A DNA stretch of 64,000 nt, taken from the NCBI RefSeq assembly GCF_056746865.1, contig NZ_CM163382.1; one strand, given 5' to 3'. Within the stretch, counting starts at the first letter, position 1; each line of letters starts with the position of its first letter. The translations under genes and the position numbers were made by a program. The notes below the pieces were generated by a model. That model saw only the letters and a list, made by a program, of their open reading frames with translations. It was not told the origin of the DNA and ran no database searches. Shown one piece after another: positions 22,682 to 38,653 of the stretch.

Positions 22682-22904
22682 GGGGGAATAATCAGGTAAG
22701 AAAAGGTGCGCGGAGATTACCGTGTGTTGCGATATATTTTTTAGTTTCGCGTGGCAATACATCAGTAGCAATAAAACGACATATCCAGAAAAATATACAC
22801 TAAGTGAATGATATCTTCCGATTTATCTTAATCGTTTATGGATAACGGCAAAGGGCTTCGTTTTTTCCTATACTTATTCAGCACTCACAAATAAAGGAAC
22901 GCCA

Positions 22905-22988
22905 ATGAAAATTATACTCTGGGCTGTATTGATTATTTTCCTGATTGGGCTACTGGTGGTGACTGGCGTATTTAAGATGATATTTTAA
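22905..22988 (+). CDS. yohP: small membrane protein (27 aa)
   Basis: Short ORF MKIILWAVLIIFLIGLLVVTGVFKMIF with upstream AAGGAA RBS. Confidence 0.55.
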   Translation: MKIILWAVLIIFLIGLLVVTGVFKMIF

Positions 22989-23360
22989 AATTAATTAATG
23001 TCATCAGATCCGAAAATAACGAGAATATTTCAGTCTCTCATCCTGTTGCGCTCCTGTCATGTGCATTGCTTCATATAATCACTGGCGCAAGGAGCGCGCA
23101 GGGGGCGACCAATCGCCGCCGCCCCCTGCACCCCCGGGCTCTGGCGAACAAAATCGCCGCTGCGCGGTGCCCTCGGCTTATCCCTTACGGCTACCGGGTC
23201 GGGCGCGAGGTAACATCCCTGTAAAACGCGCCCTCAGCCCACATCCATGTGGGCTGCCCCGGCCTTCGGGGAACGCCTCGGCGATTTTGACGCCACCAAA
23301 CAACCGTGCGGCCTATTGATAAAGAGCTAACACATTGTCAAAAAACATCACTATGGTTTT

Positions 23361-24308
23361 TTAGAGTTTCTCGATATCAATTGCCTGAATAGCCCTTGCA
23401 ATATCAGGGGAATTATTCAACACCCGAACATGCTGAAATAATTCCGTTGCTTCATCGTATTCTTTACGCAAATAACTCAACCACTGTTTAATCCGCGCAA
23501 CGTGATATAACCCGGTATCGCCCTGCTTTTCCAGACGGGTATATTTTTGCAGCAAAGCAACTACCTCCGGCCACGGCATTCGCGGTTCGTTATATTTTAC
23601 CACCCGGCTCAGGTTGGGAATATTGAGCGCCCCGCGACCAATCATCACTGCGTCACAGCCGCTGATCGCCATGCATTGTTGCGCGCTCTGCCAGTCCCAG
23701 ATTTCACCGTTGGCAATCACCGGAATATTCAGCCGCTGGCGAATCTCGCCAATCGCCTGCCAGTCAATATGCTCCGCGCGGTAACCCTGCTCTTTCGTCC
23801 GCCCATGCACCACCAGCTCTGTAGCACCAGCCTGTTGAACCGCATCGGCGATTTCAAATTTCTTCTCACCGCTGTCCCAGCCCAGACGCACTTTTACGCT
23901 GACGGGCAAATGCGCCGGTACAACTTCACGCATCGCTTTTGCCCCCTGGTAGATGAGTTCAGGATCTTTGAGTAACGTCGCGCCGCCGCCGCTACCGTTA
24001 ACCGTTTTCGACGGGCAGCCGCAATTGAGATCCACACCCCAGGAACCTAACTCGACCGCACGGGCGGCATTCTCTGCCAGCCATTGTGGGAACTGACCTA
24101 ACAACTGCACGCGCACCAGCGTACCGGAAGGTGTCCGGCTGGCATTTTGTAGCTCAGGGCAAATGCGATGAAAGACTTTTATTGGCAGCAGTTGATCCAC
24201 CACGCGGACAAACTCGGTGATGCACAGATCGTAGTCGTTAACTTCGGTCAGCAATTCACGCACCAGAGAGTCGAGTACACCCTCCATCGGAGCCAGTAAC
24301 ACACGCAT
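23361..24308 (-). CDS. dusC: tRNA-dihydrouridine synthase C
   Basis: 315-aa ORF from [15 protein letters not shown]... (Dus TIM-barrel family). Confidence 0.9.
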   Translation of the reverse strand: MRVLLAPMEGVLDSLVRELLTEVNDYDLCITEFVRVVDQLLPIKVFHRICPELQNASRTPSGTLVRVQLLGQFPQWLAENAARAVELGSWGVDLNCGCPSKTVNGSGGGATLLKDPELIYQGAKAMREVVPAHLPVSVKVRLGWDSGEKKFEIADAVQQAGATELVVHGRTKEQGYRAEHIDWQAIGEIRQRLNIPVIANGEIWDWQSAQQCMAISGCDAVMIGRGALNIPNLSRVVKYNEPRMPWPEVVALLQKYTRLEKQGDTGLYHVARIKQWLSYLRKEYDEATELFQHVRVLNNSPDIARAIQAIDIEKL

Positions 24309-24510
24309 ATCATCACCCGCAAAAAAATGAGGCGCTATGTTAGCGCCTATGGTCAACGGATTAAAGGTCTGCAAAGAGGGATTGCTGCAAACTGCATTCC
24401 CTCTCTATGCTTGATGTATGCCTGAGTTCGCTGCTCATTGCGTAATGCCCGGGAGCGAAAAAATAAGCGCTGATTTCTTAATGTGATCGGTAGCACGTTT
24501 TACGAATTAA

Positions 24511-25637
<1,127 letters not shown>

Positions 25638-25766
25638 AATTTGCGATGCGTCGCGCATTTTTGATGTAAGTTTCACGCGTTGCATAATTAATGAGATTCA
25701 GATCACATATAAAGCCATAACGGGTTCGTAAACTGTTATCCCATTACATGATTATGAGGCAACGCC

Positions 25767-27762
<1,996 letters not shown>

Positions 27763-27924
27763 TATTTTCTCTTTTCTGTTAATTATTGAGAATAATTATT
27801 ACTTCACTCAATAAGCTGCGGATATAACATTCTGAACCGCAGCTATTTGTGAATCCTTTCACAGTTTAAATTTCCCCACGCGCATAGCCTTAATATCAGC
27901 ACGCAATATTTATACTCTAAATAA

Positions 27925-28050
27925 TTCAAGTTGCAGGAAGGCGACAAGTGAGTGAGTCCCCAGGAGCTTACATAAGTAAGTGACTGGGGTGAGCGAACGC
28001 AGACGCAGCACATGCAACTTGAAGTATGACGAGTATATTTAGCGTTCGCC
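27925..28050. repeat. ERIC/IRU (enterobacterial repetitive intergenic consensus) element upstream of preT
   Basis: Contains GTGAGTCCCCAGGAGCTTACATAAGTAAGTGACTGGGGTGAGCG, which matches the ERIC core as I recall it. Confidence 0.8.
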
Positions 28051-28080
28051 TTAATTACTCATAGCATTAAGGAAGATCAC

Positions 28081-29319
28081 ATGCCGCAACAAAATTATCT
28101 GGATGAACTCACTCCGGCTTTTACACCGTTACTGGCGATTAAAGAAGCCTCTCGCTGCTTATTATGTCACGACGCTCCCTGTAGTCAGGCTTGCCCGGCA
28201 CAGACCGATCCGGGGAAATTTATTCGCTCAATCTACTTTCGTAATTTTAAAGGCGCTGCCGAGACAATTCGTGAAAATAATGCCCTCGGTGCCGTTTGTG
28301 CCAGAGTGTGCCCGACGGAGAAATTATGCCAAAGCGGTTGTACCCGTGCCGGTGTTGATACTCCCATTGATATCGGCCGCTTACAGCGTTTTGTTACTGA
28401 TTTTGAACAACAAACTGGGATGGAAATTTATCAGCCCGGTACTAAAACGCTCGGCAAAGTCGCCATTATTGGCGCAGGTCCTGCCGGATTGCAGGCCAGT
28501 GTGACGCTGACAAACCAGGGTTATGACGTCACGATCTATGAGAAAGAAGCACAACCCGGTGGCTGGTTGCGTAACGGCATTCCGCAATTCCGGTTACCGC
28601 AATCAGTACTGGATGCAGAAATCGCCCGTATTGAAAAAATGGGCGTGACCATTAAGTGCAATAACGAAATCGGTAAAACACTCACCCTGGAGCAGCTGAA
28701 AGCGGAAAACCGCGCGGTACTGGTCACCGTGGGGTTATCTAGCGGTTCCGGGCTACCACTGTTTGAGCATAGCGACGTTGAGATTGCCGTCGACTTCTTG
28801 CAACGTGCACGACAGGCGCAAGGCGATATCAGCATTCCACAAAGCGCATTAATTATCGGCGGCGGTGATGTCGCGATGGACGTAGCCAGCACGCTGAAAG
28901 TTCTCGGCTGTCAGGCGGTAACTTGCGTAGCGCGTGAAGAGTTAGATGAGTTTCCGGCAAGCGAAAAAGAGTTTGCCAGCGCTCGGGAGCTGGGCGTTTC
29001 GATCATCGATGGATTCACGCCAGTAGCCGTGGAAGGCAATAAAGTCACGTTTAAGCATGTACGGTTACCGGGCGAACTGACGATGGCGGCAGATAAAATT
29101 ATTCTCGCCGTCGGTCAGCATGCCAGACTGGATGCCTTTGCGGAGTTAGAGCCGCAGCGTAACACCATCAAAACACAAAATTATCAGACCCGCGATCCGC
29201 AAGTCTTTGCTGCTGGCGATATTGTTGAGGGTGACAAAACCGTGGTCTATGCAGTGAAAACCGGGAAAGAAGCCGCCGGGGCGATTCATCACTATTTAGA
29301 GGGAGCTTGCTCATGTTAA
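28081..29319 (+). CDS. preT: NAD-dependent dihydropyrimidine dehydrogenase subunit PreT
   Basis: 412-aa ORF with Fe-S Cys cluster and GAGPAG dinucleotide motif. Confidence 0.9.
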   Translation: MPQQNYLDELTPAFTPLLAIKEASRCLLCHDAPCSQACPAQTDPGKFIRSIYFRNFKGAAETIRENNALGAVCARVCPTEKLCQSGCTRAGVDTPIDIGRLQRFVTDFEQQTGMEIYQPGTKTLGKVAIIGAGPAGLQASVTLTNQGYDVTIYEKEAQPGGWLRNGIPQFRLPQSVLDAEIARIEKMGVTIKCNNEIGKTLTLEQLKAENRAVLVTVGLSSGSGLPLFEHSDVEIAVDFLQRARQAQGDISIPQSALIIGGGDVAMDVASTLKVLGCQAVTCVAREELDEFPASEKEFASARELGVSIIDGFTPVAVEGNKVTFKHVRLPGELTMAADKIILAVGQHARLDAFAELEPQRNTIKTQNYQTRDPQVFAAGDIVEGDKTVVYAVKTGKEAAGAIHHYLEGACSC

Positions 29320-30548
29320 CGAAAGATCTTTCGATTACTTTTTGCGGCGTGAAGTTTCCCAACCCGTTCTGCCTCTCTTCTTCGCCGGTAGGCAACTGCT
29401 ATGAGATGTGTGCCAAAGCCTACGACACAGGCTGGGGTGGCGTGGTGTTTAAAACGATCGGTTTTTTTATCGCCAACGAAGTCTCGCCGCGTTTTGATCA
29501 TCTGGTGAAAGAAGATACCGGTTTTATCGGCTTCAAAAATATGGAGCAGATTGCTGAACATCCGTTGGAAGAGAATCTGGCCGCCCTGCGTCGGCTGAAG
29601 GAAGATTACCCGGACAAAGTATTGATCGCTTCGATCATGGGGGAAAATGAGCAGCAATGGGAGGAGCTGGCGCGCCTGGTGCAAGAAGCTGGCGCGGATA
29701 TGATCGAGTGTAACTTCTCCTGTCCGCAAATGACTTCTCATGCGATGGGTAGCGATGTCGGGCAAAGCCCGGAGCTGGTAGAAAAATATTGTCGGGCAGT
29801 AAAACGTGGTTCCACGCTGCCAATGCTGGCGAAGATGACGCCGAATATCGGTGATATGTGCGAAGTGGCGCTGGCGGCGAAGCGCGGCGGCGCAGATGGC
29901 ATTGCGGCGATTAACACCGTTAAATCAATCACCAATATCGATCTTAATCAGAAAATTGGTATGCCGATCGTTAACGGTAAATCGAGTATTTCCGGTTATT
30001 CCGGTAAAGCAGTGAAACCGATCGCCCTGCGCTTTATTCAGCAAATGCGCACCCATCCAGAACTGCGCGATTTCCCGATCAGCGGTATCGGCGGCATTGA
30101 AACCTGGGAGGATGCGGCGGAGTTTTTATTGCTCGGCGCAGCAACGTTACAGGTGACCACCGGCATTATGCAGTACGGGTATCGGATAGTGGAAGATATG
30201 GCGAGCGGGTTGTCGCATTATCTCGCCGATCAGGGATTTGATTCGTTGCAGGAGATGGTAGGTCTGGCGAATAACAATATTGTTCCGGCGGAAGATTTAG
30301 ACCGCAGTTATATTGTCTATCCCCGTATCAATCTCGATAAATGTGTTGGCTGTGGACGCTGTTATATTTCCTGTTACGACGGCGGTCACCAGGCGATGGA
30401 ATGGAGCGAGAAAACACGCACGCCGCATTGTAATACCGAGAAATGCGTGGGTTGTCTGCTTTGTGGTCACGTCTGCCCGGTGGGTTGTATTGAGCTTGGG
30501 GAAGTGAAGTTTAAGAAGGGAGAGAAAGAACACTCTGTAACGTTGTAA
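29313..30548 (+). CDS. preA: NAD-dependent dihydropyrimidine dehydrogenase subunit PreA
   Basis: 411-aa ORF overlapping preT by 7 nt; C-terminal 4Fe-4S ferredoxin motifs ([23 protein letters not shown]). Confidence 0.9.
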   Translation: MLTKDLSITFCGVKFPNPFCLSSSPVGNCYEMCAKAYDTGWGGVVFKTIGFFIANEVSPRFDHLVKEDTGFIGFKNMEQIAEHPLEENLAALRRLKEDYPDKVLIASIMGENEQQWEELARLVQEAGADMIECNFSCPQMTSHAMGSDVGQSPELVEKYCRAVKRGSTLPMLAKMTPNIGDMCEVALAAKRGGADGIAAINTVKSITNIDLNQKIGMPIVNGKSSISGYSGKAVKPIALRFIQQMRTHPELRDFPISGIGGIETWEDAAEFLLLGAATLQVTTGIMQYGYRIVEDMASGLSHYLADQGFDSLQEMVGLANNNIVPAEDLDRSYIVYPRINLDKCVGCGRCYISCYDGGHQAMEWSEKTRTPHCNTEKCVGCLLCGHVCPVGCIELGEVKFKKGEKEHSVTL

Positions 30549-30552
30549 AACC

Positions 30553-30606
30553 AGCGACGCATCCGGCATTTGGCACCGATTGCCGGATGCGACGCATCCG
30601 GCAATA
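30553..30606. repeat. REP pair (BIME-like) between convergent preA and mglC
   Basis: GCGACGCATCCGGCA ... TGCCGGATGCGACGCATCCGGCA. Confidence 0.75.
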
Positions 30607-30618
30607 CCCACAATCACA

Positions 30619-31629
30619 TCACTTCTTACGCGCGTATTTCAGTGAATCCAGCGCCACGGCGAAGATAATAATCGCCCCTTTGATGATGTACTGCCAGTAC
30701 GGGTTTACACCGATGTACGTCAGGCCATAGTTGATGACGGTAAAAATAATTACCCCGGTCACCACGCCAATCACCGTCCCCACACCGCCGCTGAACGATA
30801 CGCCGCCTACCACGCACGCCGCGATAGCATCCAGCTCATACATAAAGCCGAGGTTGTTGGTGGCAGAGCCGATACGTCCGGCTTCTAACATCCCGCCGAA
30901 GGCATAGAACACACCAGACAACGCGTAGATCATCAGCAGGTTCAGGCCGACGTTGACACCAGAAACTTTCGCCGCTTCCGGGTTACCGCCGATAGCAAAA
31001 ATGTTCTTGCCGAAGCGGGTTTTGTTCCACAACACCCAGACGAACGCCACCGCAATCAGCGCGTAGAAGGTGATGTAAGAGAGACGGAAACTCCCCAGCG
31101 CGACAAAGCCCTGAGCAAAGGTAGAGAAGCCACTGTCAAAACCAGAAATTGGCGACGCCCCGACAAAGTCGTAATAGAGCGAGTTGATGCCATAGACGAT
31201 GATCATCGTGCCGAGCGTGGTAATGAACGGCGTCACGTTGAGATAAGCGATAATCAGGCCGTTGATCAAACCGATCACCGCACCAATGGCACAGACAATC
31301 AGAATAACCAGCGCAATCGGCATCGTCGCCATTTCCGGGAACACTTTGTTGGCGTTATCCATGGACTGCAATAACGTCGCCGCTACTACTGCCGCCAGCC
31401 CCACCTGGCGACCTGCAGAAAGGTCGGTCCCCTGGGTGACAATTAACCCTGCCACACCGAGCGCGATAATAATACGCACCGATGACTGGGTGAGAATATT
31501 ACTTAAGTTCAACAGACTTAAAAATGTTGGGTCCTGGAAAATAATAATTGCCAGCAAAACTAAAAGAACGACGTAAATACCGCCCTCTTTCAGGTAAGTA
31601 AGAAAACTTTTCTTATTTAACGCACTCAT
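30619..31629 (-). CDS. mglC: galactose/methyl-galactoside ABC permease
   Basis: 336-aa multi-TM ORF in the mglBAC arrangement. Confidence 0.9.
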   Translation of the reverse strand: MSALNKKSFLTYLKEGGIYVVLLVLLAIIIFQDPTFLSLLNLSNILTQSSVRIIIALGVAGLIVTQGTDLSAGRQVGLAAVVAATLLQSMDNANKVFPEMATMPIALVILIVCAIGAVIGLINGLIIAYLNVTPFITTLGTMIIVYGINSLYYDFVGASPISGFDSGFSTFAQGFVALGSFRLSYITFYALIAVAFVWVLWNKTRFGKNIFAIGGNPEAAKVSGVNVGLNLLMIYALSGVFYAFGGMLEAGRIGSATNNLGFMYELDAIAACVVGGVSFSGGVGTVIGVVTGVIIFTVINYGLTYIGVNPYWQYIIKGAIIIFAVALDSLKYARKK

Positions 31630-31644
31630 GGGAAGCCCCTAATC

Positions 31645-33165
31645 TTAAAGGTGCAAAGACGCAAGACGCAGAATTTCGTTTTGCGTTGTTGTTTTTGTAT
31701 CGACAATTCCAGAAACGAGACCATTGCTCATGACCAGAATACGGTCTGTTATCCCTAACAACTCTGGCATTTCGGAGGAGATAATAATAATCCCCTTGCC
31801 TTTCTTCGCCAGCTCGGCAATTAACTGATAAATCTCAAACTTCGCCCCGACATCAATACCGCGCGTCGGTTCATCGAGCATTAATATTTCTGGTTGCGTT
31901 AACAGCCAGCGACCAATAATCACCTTTTGCTGATTACCACCTGAGAGCGAACCAATTTGCGTCCGATGCCCCGGTGTTTTTACCCGCATCGAATCAATCA
32001 CCCACTGGGTATCGCTTTTCATCCGCGAGTTATCCAGTAAACCAACTTTATTTTTGTAGTTGCGAATATTGGAAATTAACGAGTTAAAACCGATATCCAG
32101 ATAGGCATAAATTCCCGTTGAGCGGCGCTCTTCAGTTACCAGTGCAAATCCGTGGTTTATGGCTTCGTTGGCATTATGGTTATTGATCTTTTTGCCGTGC
32201 AACGTAATGGTGCCAGCCGATTTCTCGCGAATACCAAATAACGTCTCAACAATATCGGTACGTTTCGCCCCCACCAGACCGGCAATACCGAGGATCTCCC
32301 CTTTATGCAGATCAAACGAGACATCGCGAATCGACGGCTGGCGCAGTGACGTCAGGTTACGCACTTCCAGAATCACTTCGCCCGGCTTGTTTTCTTTGTC
32401 AGGGAAACGTTGGTTAAGAGAACGCCCAACCATCATGGCGATGATCTTGTCCATCGTCAGCCCTGCCAGCGGTTCGGTAGCGATCCACTGACCGTCGCGC
32501 AATACGGTAACTTCATCACATAACTGGAAGATTTCTTCCATTTTATGCGAGATATAAACAATACCGCAGCCGCGCTCTTTTAATTTACGAATAATAGTGA
32601 ACAGATGATTGACCTCTTTTTCGGTCAACGAAGAAGTCGGTTCATCCATAATCACAATTTTCGCGTTATAGGAAAACGCTTTGGCGATTTCGATCATCTG
32701 CATTTGCGAAACGGATAATGTGCCGACGCGCGCACGCGGATCGATATCAATATCCAGTTCATCAAAAATCGCTTTGGTTTCACGGTACATTTTGTCCTGA
32801 TCGACAAACATACCTTTGGTGGGATATCGCCCCAGCCACATGTTGTCCATCACCGAACGTTGTAATACCAGGTTTAACTCCTGGTGTACCATCGAAATAC
32901 CATTTTCCAGTGCTTCTTTGGCAGAATGGAAATCGATCTCTTTACCCTGGAATAAAATGGTGCCGGAGTCTTTTTGATAAATACCAAACAGGCATTTTAA
33001 TAATGTCGATTTTCCTGCACCGTTTTCCCCCATTAATGCATGGATAGAATGTGGCCGGACTTTTAAATTAACGTTATCAAGTGCCTTAACACCAGGAAAG
33101 GACTTGTTGATACCGCTCATTTCCAACAAGTATTCCCCGGAGGACGGAGTCGTTGAGCTGACCAT
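31645..33165 (-). CDS. mglA: galactose/methyl-galactoside ABC ATPase (duplicated ABC domains)
   Basis: 506-aa ORF with Walker [10 protein letters not shown] and a second ABC domain. Confidence 0.95.
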   Translation of the reverse strand: MVSSTTPSSGEYLLEMSGINKSFPGVKALDNVNLKVRPHSIHALMGENGAGKSTLLKCLFGIYQKDSGTILFQGKEIDFHSAKEALENGISMVHQELNLVLQRSVMDNMWLGRYPTKGMFVDQDKMYRETKAIFDELDIDIDPRARVGTLSVSQMQMIEIAKAFSYNAKIVIMDEPTSSLTEKEVNHLFTIIRKLKERGCGIVYISHKMEEIFQLCDEVTVLRDGQWIATEPLAGLTMDKIIAMMVGRSLNQRFPDKENKPGEVILEVRNLTSLRQPSIRDVSFDLHKGEILGIAGLVGAKRTDIVETLFGIREKSAGTITLHGKKINNHNANEAINHGFALVTEERRSTGIYAYLDIGFNSLISNIRNYKNKVGLLDNSRMKSDTQWVIDSMRVKTPGHRTQIGSLSGGNQQKVIIGRWLLTQPEILMLDEPTRGIDVGAKFEIYQLIAELAKKGKGIIIISSEMPELLGITDRILVMSNGLVSGIVDTKTTTQNEILRLASLHL

Positions 33166-33225
33166 ATAATTTTACCTTGTTGGTCATACAATAAGGGCGC
33201 AGTAATAGACTGCGCCCAATCAGTC

Positions 33226-34224
33226 TTATTTCTTGCTGAATTCAGCCAGGTTGTCTTTATCTACGCCAACATAAGGTACGCGGACCACTTTGTTGTCGAT
33301 TTTCCAGTTGGTGCCATCAGCCGCACCTTTGCCATCGGCCAGGTTTTTCGCCAAATCAAAGGTCGCTTTCGCCTGGTTGTTAGCATCGTTCAGTACGGTG
33401 CCCGCCAGTGCACCGGATTTCACCAGCGCCAGCGCTTCTGGCAGCGCATCGACGCCAAACACCGGAATGCTGGACTTGTTGTGTGCTTTAAGTGCTTCTA
33501 CCGCGCCCATTGCCATCGCATCGTTGTTGGCGATAACCACTTCGATTTTGTTGGCGTTCGGGCCAGACAGCCAGGCGTCCATCTTATCTTTCGCCTGAGC
33601 GGTATCCCACATAGCGGTATCTAACTGTAACTGTTCAGTTTTGATGCCTTTGTCGTTCAATTCTTTAATCACGTAAGTGGTACGTGCTTCTGCATCCGGA
33701 TGGCCCGGCTCACCTTTCAGCAGTACGAACTGAATCTGACCGTCTTTGTTCAGATCCCACCCCTGATTCGCCGCCCAGTGTTTAGCAATCAAATCGCCCT
33801 GAATAATGCCGGACTCTTTGGAGTCAGTGCCAACGTAGTAGGCTTTGTCGTAGCTATCCAGCGCCTTACGAGACGGTTCTTTGTTGAAGAAAACCACCGG
33901 CACGTTTTGCCCACGCGCTTTCTCAATCACCGTACCCGCAGCTGCCGGGTCAACCAGGTTGATTGCCAGTGCCTTCACCCCTTTCGCCAGCAATACGTCG
34001 ATCTGATCGTTCTGCTTGGACTGGTCATTCTGAGAATCATTCATCAGCAGCTGAACATCTGGCGCGGCTTTCGCATCTTGCTCAATAGCCTTGCGCACCA
34101 CAGACATAAAGTTATCGTCGTACTTGTAGATTGTTACACCAATGCGAGTATCAGCAGCGTGTGCAGCGGCACCGAATAACATGCTGGCCATCACAGCAGA
34201 CAGGGTTAACACCTTCTTATTCAT
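33226..34224 (-). CDS. mglB: periplasmic D-galactose/D-glucose binding protein
   Basis: 332-aa ORF with signal peptide. Confidence 0.95.
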   Translation of the reverse strand: MNKKVLTLSAVMASMLFGAAAHAADTRIGVTIYKYDDNFMSVVRKAIEQDAKAAPDVQLLMNDSQNDQSKQNDQIDVLLAKGVKALAINLVDPAAAGTVIEKARGQNVPVVFFNKEPSRKALDSYDKAYYVGTDSKESGIIQGDLIAKHWAANQGWDLNKDGQIQFVLLKGEPGHPDAEARTTYVIKELNDKGIKTEQLQLDTAMWDTAQAKDKMDAWLSGPNANKIEVVIANNDAMAMGAVEALKAHNKSSIPVFGVDALPEALALVKSGALAGTVLNDANNQAKATFDLAKNLADGKGAADGTNWKIDNKVVRVPYVGVDKDNLAEFSKK

Positions 34225-34503
34225 GGTATCTCCGGTTTTTCTTATGCAGGGTAGTGCTTGAGATAAATGCTCGGCGGGGCAGTAGAGTTAATGAAGTGTT
34301 ACTGAACGCCGAAGCTCACTTTTTAAAATTCGTTCTTCCATGCCCGGTAACGCTCCAGAAAACGGCTTTAATTGTTGTTATGACGCTATTACCTCGGTGA
34401 AAGTGATTATTCACTGTTACATACGGGTTACAACGTTAAAACGGTGCAATCATAGCTATCGCATTGTTAAGATACTGTGAAATCACTCACAGATTGAAAG
34501 CGG

Positions 34504-35544
34504 TTACATCGCCAGATTTGTTGAGTTAGTGATCGCCGCCGCATTCTGGCGTGTTGCGACAGAATGGCGACGCACTAACGTCGGCATAAAACAGTGGCTG
34601 GCACGAGGATCAATATTGCCTGCTGCCCCCTGCAAGGCCAGTTCGGTGGCTAATTTCGCCATTGAAGCAATGGGATAACGTACGGTCGTTAATTGCGGGT
34701 CGGTGTAACGGGCGATGGGAATATCATCGAAACCGATGATTGAGAGATGTAACGGAATCGCAATGCCATTATCTTTTAATGCTGTCAGTGCGCCAGCAGC
34801 CATATTGTCGTTATAAGCAAATACAGCGGTAAGTTGTAGATTGCGCCCCAGCAGTTCAACCATCGCCGCCTCACCGCCCGGCATGTCCGGCGTACCAGTG
34901 CCAATCCAGCTTTCCGGCGGAATAATATCCTGCTCTTTCAACGCACTCATCCAGCCTGCTTTACGCATGGCGTCATCTTCAATGCCGTGGCTGGAAGAAA
35001 GATAACCAATACGTTGATGACCGTTATTCAGCAACATGCGCGTCGCCATTCGGGCACCGCTGAGATTATCCAGGCAAACGCAACGATGGGCGTACCCCGG
35101 CACAACGCGGTTGATTAACACCATACCGGGAATGTTATCCATAAATTGCGCCAGTTCATCGTCACTCAATGCTTTTGAGTGAACAATCAATGCATTACAA
35201 CGCTGGCGAATTAACACCTCAATGGCGTGACGCTCTTTTTCCGCTTCATGATAGCTATTGCCGATTAGCACGTATTTCTGATGCTGCTGGGCGACCAGAT
35301 CCACCGCTTTTACCAGCGCGCCGAAAAACGCATCAGAAACGTCCATCACCACCACGCCAATGGTGTCGCTAACCTGAGTTGCCAGCGCCTGGGCATTGGC
35401 GTTTGGTCGATAATCCAGCTCACTCACGGCTTTCATTACTGCTTCACGCGTGTCGGCACTGACCAGCGTGCTGTTATTGAGCACTCGGGAAACCGTTGCC
35501 ACAGAGACGCCAGCCTGACGCGCTACATCACGAATGGTGATCAT
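34504..35544 (-). CDS. galS: LacI/GalR-family repressor GalS
   Basis: 346-aa ORF from [23 protein letters not shown] (LacI HTH). Confidence 0.9.
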   Translation of the reverse strand: MITIRDVARQAGVSVATVSRVLNNSTLVSADTREAVMKAVSELDYRPNANAQALATQVSDTIGVVVMDVSDAFFGALVKAVDLVAQQHQKYVLIGNSYHEAEKERHAIEVLIRQRCNALIVHSKALSDDELAQFMDNIPGMVLINRVVPGYAHRCVCLDNLSGARMATRMLLNNGHQRIGYLSSSHGIEDDAMRKAGWMSALKEQDIIPPESWIGTGTPDMPGGEAAMVELLGRNLQLTAVFAYNDNMAAGALTALKDNGIAIPLHLSIIGFDDIPIARYTDPQLTTVRYPIASMAKLATELALQGAAGNIDPRASHCFMPTLVRRHSVATRQNAAAITNSTNLAM

Positions 35545-35685
35545 ATTCACTACCTGTTATGAGATTGCAGTAAATGACTGCTTGCTGGCGGCTATTTTGT
35601 CAGCACTGAATACAGGACTTCGTGAATCGAGTCACAGCAATGGAAACGGTTACAGCCATTTTGTTAACGAATGTGATCCAGATCG

Positions 35686-36843
35686 TTATCTTGATGTTTT
35701 AGATATTGCCGGTCCGGCAGCACGCAAAGTTAACTGACGCCAGAGCCATTCCACCGGCCCCTGGCGGAAGTAACGCAGCCAGATAACAGAGAAGAGGATA
35801 TTCGCCAGCCATACCGGAATAACAAACGCCAGCAGCTCCAGACGGTCAAAATGCATAAACAAACCGAGGTGGTAAAAAAGCGTGGTACAAATCAGCGTTT
35901 GCAATAGATAGTTGGTCAGCGCCATCCGTCCGACGCAGGCGATCGCAAGCACCAGCTTAAAGCGGCTTAATTGCGGCCAGAAGCCATAAAACAGCGACGC
36001 ATAGCCAATCGCCTGAAACGGCGCACTCAGTTCCCGCGGCATTTGAAGTAAGAAGGCGCACCAGCGATACGCCCAGTCCAGCCGCCATTGCAGGGCGATA
36101 GCAGGAAGGTTAATGATCACCCCAATCGCCACCAGCACAAAACCAGTACGACGATAGTGACGTAAGCTGAACTGCCCTTTCAGCCAGCCGCTGCGCATCA
36201 GCGCCGCACCAATGAGCATCATCCCTGCCAGTTGCCAGCCATACTGTGCGCCCAGTGCCAGTAAACTGTTGCCAACACCATCGGCACGATTACCGATCGC
36301 TTCAACGCCGCCGTGAAGCTTCCAGTATTTTTCATACAAAATAGCCGATGCATCAGGTGTCCAGGCGCGGCTGGTCTGGCTATCGGAAATCAACCCCAAT
36401 AACAGCAAAACGCCAAGCCCCACCAGATAAAGCATGACGCCTGTATTAAACAGGCTTTTTACCGATGGCGCATCGCGCACCAGCCGCCAGCAGATTAAGC
36501 CCACCAGCCCGTAAGCCAGCAGAATATCGCCGTCCCAGAACAATAAACCGTGAATAAAGCCCAACAAGACTAACAGCGTTAACCGCGACTGGATCCAGCG
36601 TCTGCCACGGGGCAGCAACATTTGCAGGCCAGCACCAAACAGCAGCGCAAAAAGCGTGAGGAATTTCACCTGGCCGATGAGATCGAGAAATGCCCAGGTC
36701 CATGCATCCTGCGGCGTAATAGCACCGTACCAGGCGGGATTGAGATAAGCCGCCTTTGGTAGCCCAAAGGCGCTGATGTTTAATAGCAGGATCCCCAGAA
36801 TGGCGACGCCGCGAACAAAATCGAGCGTGACGTTGCGCTCCAT
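35686..36843 (-). CDS. yeiB: DUF418 family inner membrane protein
   Basis: 385-aa multi-TM ORF. Confidence 0.75.
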   Translation of the reverse strand: MERNVTLDFVRGVAILGILLLNISAFGLPKAAYLNPAWYGAITPQDAWTWAFLDLIGQVKFLTLFALLFGAGLQMLLPRGRRWIQSRLTLLVLLGFIHGLLFWDGDILLAYGLVGLICWRLVRDAPSVKSLFNTGVMLYLVGLGVLLLLGLISDSQTSRAWTPDASAILYEKYWKLHGGVEAIGNRADGVGNSLLALGAQYGWQLAGMMLIGAALMRSGWLKGQFSLRHYRRTGFVLVAIGVIINLPAIALQWRLDWAYRWCAFLLQMPRELSAPFQAIGYASLFYGFWPQLSRFKLVLAIACVGRMALTNYLLQTLICTTLFYHLGLFMHFDRLELLAFVIPVWLANILFSVIWLRYFRQGPVEWLWRQLTLRAAGPAISKTSR

Positions 36844-36859
36844 GGTTCCTGCCTTTTAA

Positions 36860-37528
36860 TCAGTTGTGATGACGCACAGCGCGCAGAAACTCGTGGCGCG
36901 TATTCTGACTGGATTTGAACAATCCACCAAGAGAGGTCGTTGTCGTGGCACTGGTTGCATCGCGGATGCCACGCGCCTTCACGCAGTAATGCACCGCGTC
37001 GATAGAAACAGCCACGTTATTGGTGCCCAACAGCGTTTGTAGCGCAATGAGAATTTGCTGCGTCAGACGTTCCTGCACCTGCGGACGCTGGGCAAAGAAC
37101 TGCACGATACGGTTAATTTTTGACAGACCGATCACCGAATCTTTCGGGATATAAGCCACCGTCGCTTTGCCATCGATGGTAACAAAATGGTGTTCACAGG
37201 TACTGGTCAGAGTGATATCGCGCACGGTGACCATTTCATCGACCTTCATTTTGTTTTCAATGAGGGTGATTTTCGGGAAATTGGCGTAATCCAGACCGGA
37301 GAAAATTTCATCGACATACATTTTAGCGATGCGATGCGGCGTTTCCATCAAACTGTCATCAGCCAGGTCGAGATTCAGCAGCTGCATGATTTCGGTCATA
37401 TGACCAGCAATAAGGCTTTTGCGCGTTTCGTTATCCATTTCATGCACGGGCGGGCGCAGCGGTGTTTCCAGTCCTCGCGCAACTAACGCTTCATGAACCA
37501 GGGCCGCTTCTTTACTGAGTGATGGCAT
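36860..37528 (-). CDS. folE: GTP cyclohydrolase I
   Basis: 222-aa ORF; conserved TSTCEHHF region. Confidence 0.95.
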
Positions 37529-37752
37529 TTATGATTTCTCCTGCAGGTGTGACGCCTCCGCCCTGCGTGGGGGCAAAGTTATTAAGCTGATTTACAGCCT
37601 GATTATTGTGCGTGAGGCGGCGCACATAATCCAGTATTCACAGCGATAATTATTGTAATTGCCGCTGCCTTTCATCAGCAGATGTTAAAACATCGTTATG
37701 CAAATACGGAAGTGAAAGTTACTCACAGCACATTGAATAAACGGTATGATGA

Positions 37753-38622
<870 letters not shown>

Positions 38623-38628
38623 AAGTCC

Positions 38629-38644
38629 GCCCGGTTCGCCGGGC
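38629..38644. terminator. Hairpin between convergent yeiG and cirA
   Basis: GCCCGG-TTCG-CCGGGC stem-loop. Confidence 0.45.
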
Positions 38645-38653
38645 ATCTTCTCA

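Noticed and set aside
21245-22771. N-terminal extensions of many track ORFs (for example mdtQ 508 aa, bglX 789 aa, yehP 454 aa, dusC 337 aa, yohD 221 aa)
   Set aside because: The longest-ORF starts run into upstream genes or lack RBS support; internal Met codons with signal peptides or recognised N-termini were chosen instead.
34225-34503. GalR/GalS and CRP operator sites in the mglB promoter, and a GTGACTCGATTCAC half-palindrome upstream of galS near 35600
   Set aside because: Expected from established regulation of the mgl operon, but I could not align a convincing full consensus by eye, so these are not reported as features.
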